IMG/VR virus record: IMGVR_UViG_3300037424_001022
Coordinates: 1 to 38,819 of that record
Length of the DNA stretch: 38,819 nt
Strand: one strand, 5' to 3'
Origin: a virus
Lineage: Duplodnaviria > Caudoviricetes
Position 1 is the stretch's first letter. Each line of letters opens with the position of its first letter. The notes beneath the pieces were generated by a model. It was not told the origin of the DNA. It worked only from the letters and a program-made list of their open reading frames with translations, and made no database searches. Position numbers and translations under genes: made by a program. Below are positions 9,921-16,351 of this stretch, piece by piece.

Positions 9921-10445
9921 ATGCTAAAAGTTCTATTTTTCTGTTTATTAACGTCTTTGGGATTTTCTCAAGTGCGTTTTATAAATATGTTAACAAACAT
10001 TGAAGAAGCTGCTGCTGTAGATTCTTGTGCTGGTGGGGTTGATCTGATCACAGGGAATAATACTACCATGAGTGGAGCAAATGATTGGACTGATTATGGA
10101 ATTTGCGGTGCTTTTGATGTTAATTCAACTTACCCTGGTAAATTATATATGTTAGGTAATGGAAGTGCTGATGGTGTATTCAGGGCTGGAATAATAACTC
10201 CTGGAAGATCATATAGAGTAACATTGAAAGCAAGATTGGTAGCGGGTGCATCTACTACAATCAAGGCGGGTAATTACAGTTCTGATAATCCGTTAAATTA
10301 TATGGAATTTACTCCAACATCAGTTGAAACTGAATATACAGATGATTTTATTGGTGATGGAACTAATTTCGTTATTGGAATAAATACCGGCTTTGATGGT
10401 GTTGCTTTTACAATAGATGATGTTACATTGGTGGAGTGTCCTTAG
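9921..10445 (+). CDS. Secreted-type carbohydrate-binding module protein (CBM4/9-like jelly roll)
   Basis: Signal MLKVLFFCLLTSLGFS|QV; 'PGRSYRVTLKAR' and terminal 'FTIDDVTLVE' strands are typical of galactose-binding-like CBMs. Confidence 0.7.
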   Translation: MLKVLFFCLLTSLGFSQVRFINMLTNIEEAAAVDSCAGGVDLITGNNTTMSGANDWTDYGICGAFDVNSTYPGKLYMLGNGSADGVFRAGIITPGRSYRVTLKARLVAGASTTIKAGNYSSDNPLNYMEFTPTSVETEYTDDFIGDGTNFVIGINTGFDGVAFTIDDVTLVECP

Positions 10446-10446
10446 A

Positions 10447-10917
10447 ATGAAGCTTTTTTTATTCATATTGCTCACAATCTCAATTTACTCACAGGATATG
10501 ATTTCAATATCTAAAGGCACTGGTGGAATACCAAATAAATACGCGAGAAGTATGTGGAACCAAACCTTTATAGTTGGTGCTTGGGTTACATCAACTCCAA
10601 CCGATTCACTCATTTCGGACACGACAGATGTTTATATGTTTGAATTTTCTGCCGTAATGAAAATGAATCAGTTGCTCAATTCAGCCAATTATTCAATAAA
10701 AGATTCAAATGATGTAACAATACCGATTTATGAAATTGCAAAAATAGATACTTTGGATGGATTAGCAGCAACGCCAGGAACTACACTTGTAGCATTGGTG
10801 ATACCAAAAGCAGATTCAGGAATGGTATATGAGGCATCAGTTAATAATCTTCAAAGGAATGATGGGATGCCGATTGATACTACTAAAAAACAATATTACT
10901 ATCACAATTGGGAATAG
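10447..10917 (+). CDS. Secreted-type Ig-like domain protein (paralogue A)
   Basis: Start reassigned to ATG 10447, just after the upstream stop. Signal MKLFLFILLTISIYS|QD; 'FEFS...LLNSANYSI' Ig-like pattern. Confidence 0.65.
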   Translation: MKLFLFILLTISIYSQDMISISKGTGGIPNKYARSMWNQTFIVGAWVTSTPTDSLISDTTDVYMFEFSAVMKMNQLLNSANYSIKDSNDVTIPIYEIAKIDTLDGLAATPGTTLVALVIPKADSGMVYEASVNNLQRNDGMPIDTTKKQYYYHNWE

Positions 10918-10919
10918 AA

Positions 10920-11345
10920 ATGAAAACTTTATCAATCTTTTTTATTATGCTTTTTGCTGTTAGCAGCATCCATTGTCAGCCGAATACCAAAACAATCATT
11001 GAGGTTGGAATTGTTAATCCGGCAGTGGGAAAAACGTATATTTTCTTTGCTGAAATCAAACAGGACAGTAGTTCTTCGGTTTTGGTTAATGGAATGGATT
11101 ATAAAAGCCCCGATGTAAGCAATCTGATCAGAACTTTAACAAATATTCATACGGTAGCAGATACAATGTTTGGAGAAATTCAAATAAATGATCAAACTTA
11201 CAAGCAATATATGAAACCAGGGCTGGTTCAATTTAATCCGATCACACAGAAATATTCCGCGATGAAAACAGCATTTTGGGTTGCTACTGATACAATAGAA
11301 CCAATGCAAGCGGGATTCTTTGTAAGGAAGAAAAAACAACAATGA
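10920..11345 (+). CDS. Secreted-type beta-rich hypothetical protein
   Basis: Start reassigned to ATG 10920. Signal MKTLSIFFIMLFAVSSIHC|QP. Confidence 0.65.
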   Translation: MKTLSIFFIMLFAVSSIHCQPNTKTIIEVGIVNPAVGKTYIFFAEIKQDSSSSVLVNGMDYKSPDVSNLIRTLTNIHTVADTMFGEIQINDQTYKQYMKPGLVQFNPITQKYSAMKTAFWVATDTIEPMQAGFFVRKKKQQ

Positions 11346-11704
11346 TGCCGTTATTCATTGCTGCCTGGCTTACGATTACTCCACCTGCACACTTAATAAG
11401 TGATTCAACTGCAGTATTCTTGCTTGAATTTCAGCAATCAGTTAGTAATACATATTTGCTGAATGTAGGAAACTATTCAATTTATGATGATAATAACCAG
11501 GAATTGCAGATATATTCTGCAGAATTGCTTAGTTCAATAGATGGAATTCCAGTTCTATACACTAAGCTTTTAGCATTGAAAACAGCGATACCCGAACAAA
11601 AGAAACTTTACAATATTGATGCTTTTAGTTATGGTGTTAGATCTTATTTCAATAATGGATTTGCACCGAATTTAGAATTACAGCCTGTATTGATGATAAA
11701 ATGA
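11342..11704 (+). CDS. Ig-like domain protein (paralogue B of 10447..10917)
   Basis: Aligns by eye with 10447..10917 (AW.T.TP...LISD.T.V...EF......LLN..NYSI.D.N....IY). Confidence 0.65.
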   Translation: MMPLFIAAWLTITPPAHLISDSTAVFLLEFQQSVSNTYLLNVGNYSIYDDNNQELQIYSAELLSSIDGIPVLYTKLLALKTAIPEQKKLYNIDAFSYGVRSYFNNGFAPNLELQPVLMIK

Positions 11705-11883
11705 GTGCGAAGTATTTACCCTTTGCAGTAAAAATGTATCGGGGAGTAGTTAAGATTACAGTTATAATTTGGGGTGATGGAAATATGGATGCCATGCATC
11801 AAGCAAGAGAAAAATATGAAGGATTCACGATATACTTAATTCAGGCACAATGGCATTATCGAAACAGAATGATAGCAATATGA
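11701..11883 (+). CDS. Small hypothetical protein
   Basis: Couples to the next gene by an ATGA overlap at 11880-11883 and follows the previous gene with no gap. Confidence 0.5.
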   Translation: MSAKYLPFAVKMYRGVVKITVIIWGDGNMDAMHQAREKYEGFTIYLIQAQWHYRNRMIAI

Positions 11884-12053
11884 GTAAATTGTTTGAAAAA
11901 AATGCTTCTGTTAAAGTTGATGGTTTTGATCAACTGATGAGAAAAGAAGATTTTGAATCAGTTGAAACCGGATTCAAAGCAAAGATGAAGCTGCTTTGGA
12001 TATTGATTGCAATACTCAGTCTTTGGCTAATAATCGGGATGTTCAGATGGTAG
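11880..12053 (+). CDS. Small protein with C-terminal transmembrane helix
   Basis: ATGA overlap gives start 11880; TM segment LLWILIAILSLWLIIGMF. Confidence 0.6.
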   Translation: MSKLFEKNASVKVDGFDQLMRKEDFESVETGFKAKMKLLWILIAILSLWLIIGMFRW

Positions 12054-12142
12054 GCGAAATACTACAATGGATTATAATTGCTGCAGTAGTGATATGGATA
12101 TTGCTGCGAATTGATAACAAACGAAATACCGGAAGTTACTAA
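12047..12142 (+). CDS. 31-aa single-pass membrane peptide (not in ORF track)
   Basis: MVGEILQWIIIAAVVIWILLRIDNKRNTGSY*. It exactly fills the gap between neighbours; its stop ends at 12142 and the next ATG is at 12144. Confidence 0.6.
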   Translation: MVGEILQWIIIAAVVIWILLRIDNKRNTGSY

Positions 12143-12143
12143 A

Positions 12144-12587
12144 ATGATACAGCGGATTTGGCAAATAATCAAAGAAGAAAGAAAGATCATATTATTCCTG
12201 GCAGTACTCGGGATGCTGAGGGCTGCACACGAAATATCTAAGTTTAGAATAAATATGAGTTGGCTGCCATCCTGGGATTATCCATTTGGTATTACTACTC
12301 CACCTTTGGACAGCTATCACGTTTACGGTGGCTTGTTTGTTTTGGTGTTAATTGCTGGATTAAGATTGAAGCTGAGAGTATCAAATATCATTGTAAATAC
12401 AGAATCAGGGCTGAAAAAAGCAGGTGTAAATACCTGGTGGCAATCGGTAATCATTGTGCTTGGTGAAATGTATCTCTGTTACTTTTGGGTTTTCGATCTA
12501 TTTTATCATGGGCTGTTTATGAAGCCCGAATACTACCAGTGGGAATATATAATCCCCTTTCTCACAATTATTCAAGGGCTGGTTTAA
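12144..12587 (+). CDS. Polytopic membrane protein
   Basis: Start reassigned to ATG 12144; three to four hydrophobic segments. Confidence 0.65.
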   Translation: MIQRIWQIIKEERKIILFLAVLGMLRAAHEISKFRINMSWLPSWDYPFGITTPPLDSYHVYGGLFVLVLIAGLRLKLRVSNIIVNTESGLKKAGVNTWWQSVIIVLGEMYLCYFWVFDLFYHGLFMKPEYYQWEYIIPFLTIIQGLV

Positions 12588-12928
12588 TGGAATGGAAAGA
12601 CGTAATTGCTTACATAGTAACGCCATTGTTCACTCTTATTCTGATACTTTTCAATTTGTATCTGAATGCCAAACTAAGCAAATTTGTAACAGAATCACAG
12701 GTTCAGGCTATGTTAGATGAGGAATGTGATAGTGCCTTATTAAGGATGGATGATAAGCTTAACAATCACTGTCCTAATATGACAAGAATTGAAAAATTAG
12801 AAAGTGCCAAGGAAAAGCATACGGCCAATATAGAGCATGTAAATATGAAGCTGCAGGAAATAACTATTAACTTAAAGAATCTTTGCACGAATAACGGTGT
12901 AAAGTATGAAAGTGGTAATGGTAATTGA
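12587..12928 (+). CDS. Single-TM coiled-coil protein (holin/spanin-like architecture)
   Basis: TAATG overlap gives start 12587; TM VIAYIVTPLFTLILILFNLYL, then a heptad-rich helix. Confidence 0.65.
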   Translation: MEWKDVIAYIVTPLFTLILILFNLYLNAKLSKFVTESQVQAMLDEECDSALLRMDDKLNNHCPNMTRIEKLESAKEKHTANIEHVNMKLQEITINLKNLCTNNGVKYESGNGN

Positions 12929-13143
12929 AGCGGAGAAAAAAAATTACAATAACATCACTGGTAAGTGTAGTGATGTTAGGGACAGGAATTTTAACTTTTG
13001 TTGAAAAATCCCTGGATATTGTAGCCAGGGCAACGGCAAGTGAGGTTCCGGATTCGGTTCAGGTCAATGTTAATCCAAAAAGAACAATGGCCGGTGAGGT
13101 TGAGGATAAAACTGAGGTAATAATGTCAAAGGGTGCTAAATAA
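12925..13143 (+). CDS. Small N-terminally anchored membrane protein
   Basis: TTG start overlapping the upstream stop; basic KRRKK followed by a hydrophobic helix. Confidence 0.55.
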   Translation: MKRRKKITITSLVSVVMLGTGILTFVEKSLDIVARATASEVPDSVQVNVNPKRTMAGEVEDKTEVIMSKGAK

Positions 13144-13157
13144 TAAAGGATTAAATT

Positions 13158-13355
13158 ATGCCAGCATTGAGTAAAGATCAGCAAAAAGTAATGGCGATTG
13201 CCTTACACGAACCCGACAAACTCTATAAAAAGAATCGGGGATTGCTGAAAATGAACAAATCACAGCTTCACGAATTTGCATCAACCAAGCGAAAGGGATT
13301 ACCAAAGAAAGTTAATCCAGGTGCGAGTAAGTATGAGGAAATGTTCAAGAAATGA
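13158..13355 (+). CDS. DUF3008-like small basic protein
   Basis: AAAGGA SD. 'MPALSKDQQK.MAIAL ... M.KSQLHEFASTKRKGLP' matches my recollection of DUF3008. Confidence 0.7.
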   Translation: MPALSKDQQKVMAIALHEPDKLYKKNRGLLKMNKSQLHEFASTKRKGLPKKVNPGASKYEEMFKK

Positions 13356-13534
13356 ACCCAATGCTTTACAAATATGGTAAAACTGTATTTGTGGCAATGT
13401 TGCTGTTTATCGGTATGCTGTTATTTTTCCTGATACTACAGCAATACAGAATTGCGGATTTGGAAATAAAAGTAAAAGAATTAGACAATTATCAAACCTA
13501 TAACAGCGGTGTGCTGTTCATTAAAAGGAGTTGA
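13352..13534 (+). CDS. Small single-TM protein with short coiled coil
   Basis: ATGA overlap; TM VFVAMLLFIGMLLFFLIL. Confidence 0.6.
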   Translation: MNPMLYKYGKTVFVAMLLFIGMLLFFLILQQYRIADLEIKVKELDNYQTYNSGVLFIKRS

Positions 13535-13537
13535 ATT

Positions 13538-14218
13538 ATGGCATTCGGTTCAAGAGTAACAGACTTTCCACAAAGTGCGATAGGCCTTTTTGGATATACA
13601 TTGAAAATAGATCTCACAAGTTTACTATTCCACAAAGTTACAGAAGTGCAGGCACAGATCGGGCCGAGCAACACTCCCGAACCATTTTACACTGAGGAAA
13701 AGCTTGCGACAGTTCAAAGCTATTTGAACAATCCGAATTGTCCGAGACTTGCATTTAATTACAGTGATGGTAATGTAACTATTTTCTGCAAAGAAGATGG
13801 AACGGATATTCCTGCCTGGGTGGGTGCAACAATGTATGAGGCCGGTGATTTTGTGCAAGGTGATATTGGAGGGGATGCAGCATTATTCCAGGCAGCAAAC
13901 AGAGGTTTTAGCGGTAGTGTTGAACAAACGTGGAGTGAGGGAACTGTAGTTGATGGTGATGTTTCGTGGACTTTTGTAAAATATATTCCTTTCAATGATG
14001 GATTTCCTTATGCAGCTACAACCCGCTTTGCAGTGATGGGATTAAGAAAAGCACAGCCAGCAGTTGATGATAGCGATTATCTTGATTTCCCTGATAAGGA
14101 TGCAGACCTGGTAAAAGCCTATGTTATCGGAATGGTTTGGCTGATAAAAAAGAAACTTATTCCATTAAACATATTGAATCAAATCAAAAGTTTGGAGTTC
14201 AAAATAACAAATGAATAG
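13538..14218 (+). CDS. Virion neck/ring-type protein with inserted CBM5/12-like module
   Basis: AAAGGAG SD. Insert 'AWVGATMYEAGDFV...G.SG..E.TW....VVDGDVSW'; adaptor-like C-terminus 'DYLDFPDKDADLVKAYV'. Confidence 0.55.
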   Translation: MAFGSRVTDFPQSAIGLFGYTLKIDLTSLLFHKVTEVQAQIGPSNTPEPFYTEEKLATVQSYLNNPNCPRLAFNYSDGNVTIFCKEDGTDIPAWVGATMYEAGDFVQGDIGGDAALFQAANRGFSGSVEQTWSEGTVVDGDVSWTFVKYIPFNDGFPYAATTRFAVMGLRKAQPAVDDSDYLDFPDKDADLVKAYVIGMVWLIKKKLIPLNILNQIKSLEFKITNE

Positions 14219-14795
14219 CAGGAATCAACTAATATTATCCAGGGTGAGGCTTGCATTAAAGAGACTGAATCAGGCTGCCGAAGAAGATGAGGTATTGTAT
14301 GATTATGCAACCGAGGTTCAGGATGATATATTCTTAAAATGTGATATTGAAAAACCCTTTGAAATAATCCTTCTGCAGAATGTGGCCGATTACGACTTTG
14401 CAGCCGAAAACAAACTAAACATAAAGGCAATCGAGCCATCCTGGGGGGGATTATTTGAAAAGGTGAGCCAGGCTGATTGGCACAAATATAAAGATATTAC
14501 AGGGAACAGACCTTGTTTCTATTCTATCTTTGATCAGCGAATGTATGTAGCACCGGTTCCGAAACTGACTACAGACAAGCTTATAATCAAAGCCAGCCAG
14601 GTAAAAACCATTGTTCCGATTGATGAGAATGTTCCACCGGAACTACCGGATATTTTTGATAATGTAATTGTTTATGGAATCTGTAAGAAATATGATCAGG
14701 TGTTTTTGGGTTCATTCCTGGAAAAGCTTGCTGATGCACGTGAAAAATACGACAATCCAACGGAACAGTTAATTGTTCCCGATGCAACCTGGTAA
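14211..14795 (+). CDS. Head-tail adaptor/ring protein
   Basis: 'G.RPCFYSIFDQRMYVAPVP' and 'PELPDIFDNVIVYG' are characteristic of podovirus adaptor proteins. Confidence 0.75.
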   Translation: MNSRNQLILSRVRLALKRLNQAAEEDEVLYDYATEVQDDIFLKCDIEKPFEIILLQNVADYDFAAENKLNIKAIEPSWGGLFEKVSQADWHKYKDITGNRPCFYSIFDQRMYVAPVPKLTTDKLIIKASQVKTIVPIDENVPPELPDIFDNVIVYGICKKYDQVFLGSFLEKLADAREKYDNPTEQLIVPDATW

Positions 14796-14807
14796 AAGGA
14801 GTAAGTT

Positions 14808-15440
14808 ATGCCAACTGTAAAATTTGATACAATACTGCAGGAATTCAGCAAAAGAATTGGAGATAGACTAGCCAGTGCATTTACTCCTGGTGGAGGTGCT
14901 TTTCCCGAAGGAACCGTTCTTGCAGCGGTAGATGCCATAGCCTATGTGAATAAAGCCTTACACGCTTATCATGGTGCTATTTGGGAGAGTGTTCAGGGTG
15001 ATGTTCAAGCTTTTGCCCGATACTTTCCAGAAATGGTTACTCCACCTGTAACCATTACATTCACAGCCGGACTTTATACTGTAGCTAATCCAAACTTGAA
15101 TTACTTCAAGATATTCGGTGCATACAAATCATCCACAACGATAATCAGGCTGGAAGATGAGAACGCATTACCGGCATTATTCACAGGGAACTATCCGCTT
15201 CATCCACCTACTGCAGACAAGCCTATTCTTGTTGCTGTAAGGGATAAAATGTATATCTTCCCGAATTCAGAGACTTCGGCAAATATATTGTTTGTTACAC
15301 AGCCATCAAACCCGACTAATGGCCAATTTTTAACACAGAACGGAACTTATGATTCACCGTTTTACGATTCACGAAACCATGTAATTGCAACAATGGCAGA
15401 ACAATTATACTGGAACGAAAAAAAACCAGGAGGTAACTAA
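14808..15440 (+). CDS. Adaptor/ring-like tail protein
   Basis: AAAGGAG SD. 'IAYVNKA', 'PTADKPI.....KMYIFP' and 'HVIATMAEQL' follow the same topology as its neighbours. Confidence 0.6.
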   Translation: MPTVKFDTILQEFSKRIGDRLASAFTPGGGAFPEGTVLAAVDAIAYVNKALHAYHGAIWESVQGDVQAFARYFPEMVTPPVTITFTAGLYTVANPNLNYFKIFGAYKSSTTIIRLEDENALPALFTGNYPLHPPTADKPILVAVRDKMYIFPNSETSANILFVTQPSNPTNGQFLTQNGTYDSPFYDSRNHVIATMAEQLYWNEKKPGGN

Positions 15441-16351
15441 TGCCACAATCTAAAATATACACTTTGGCCCAAGCCAGGGGTTTAGTGATCCTTTGGCTGA
15501 AACAACTTAATCTTTCCACGCTGGATTCAGATTTGGTTGATGATTTTGTAAAGCTTGCTGTAAGAGAAGTATATCAGTTGAACAAAGATTCAATCTTCAA
15601 GCTTTATGGAGAAACGGCAATTCTCAGCGATGCTGCAAGTTCATTTGCTTTGGCAACTGTAGTTGGAACTTCATTTACTAATGCAACAAAAACCATCAAC
15701 GAAACAGCCCATGGGCTTACGAGTGCAAGTATTGGTAAGCGGATAATGTTTGGAAAGGTAGTTACAGGAACCGGAGTTGTTTCATATCTGACGATTGCAA
15801 CGATTGTTTCCATCACTGATGCAAATAACTTTGTTGTAAGTCATTCACCTGGTGTAGATATTCCTACAGGCGGGCCAGCAAATGAATTGTTCTATGCAGT
15901 GCTTCCTTTTTCAAGCCAGTTATTCTACGATATATCGAACTTACAGATTGATTCAATCAGAAAGATTACCGACAGCATCAATGGTGAAGTAATTGAGGTT
16001 GATGATGCAAGGGATTTTGAGAACTTATCGAAATTCCCACAGAAACAAAATAAAGTTTACTTTTTCAATCATGGTGATAGAATCGAAATTTACAAAGGCA
16101 GCAATGTAGCAAACCTGGGAACTCATACACTTTACTACTATTCAATGCCGATAGATCCTGCTACACAAACCGACTTCCTGGATATTCCCGATGATTTAAT
16201 GGCACAGGTAATTCAGAAATCACAAAACTTTGTAGTATCACACTTGAAACGAACTACCAGCCAGGTATTATCACCGAGTGTTGAGGAAAAGGCCGGATTA
16301 AGCAGACAGGTCAACATTAACAAGGACAGCCAATTAGAAGTTAAGAGATAA
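15440..16351 (+). CDS. Adaptor/ring-like tail protein with inserted beta domain
   Basis: GGAGG SD and TAATG overlap. Core 'YTLAQAR', 'LYYYSMP...DFLDIPDDL'; insert 'INETAHGLT...IGKRI...SITDANNF'. Confidence 0.6.
   Translation: MPQSKIYTLAQARGLVILWLKQLNLSTLDSDLVDDFVKLAVREVYQLNKDSIFKLYGETAILSDAASSFALATVVGTSFTNATKTINETAHGLTSASIGKRIMFGKVVTGTGVVSYLTIATIVSITDANNFVVSHSPGVDIPTGGPANELFYAVLPFSSQLFYDISNLQIDSIRKITDSINGEVIEVDDARDFENLSKFPQKQNKVYFFNHGDRIEIYKGSNVANLGTHTLYYYSMPIDPATQTDFLDIPDDLMAQVIQKSQNFVVSHLKRTTSQVLSPSVEEKAGLSRQVNINKDSQLEVKR

Noticed and set aside
10920-10979. Lipoprotein lipobox (o-spanin) at SSIHC
   Set aside because: His at -1 does not fit L-x-G/A/S-C; cleavage before the following Gln fits the pattern of the neighbouring genes better.
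7103-11704. Type IX secretion C-terminal domains on the secreted proteins
   Set aside because: The ends (NKYIIY, LVECP, YHNWE, RKKKQQ, VLMIK) lack the YPNP...G.Y...K pattern, so only Sec export is supported.
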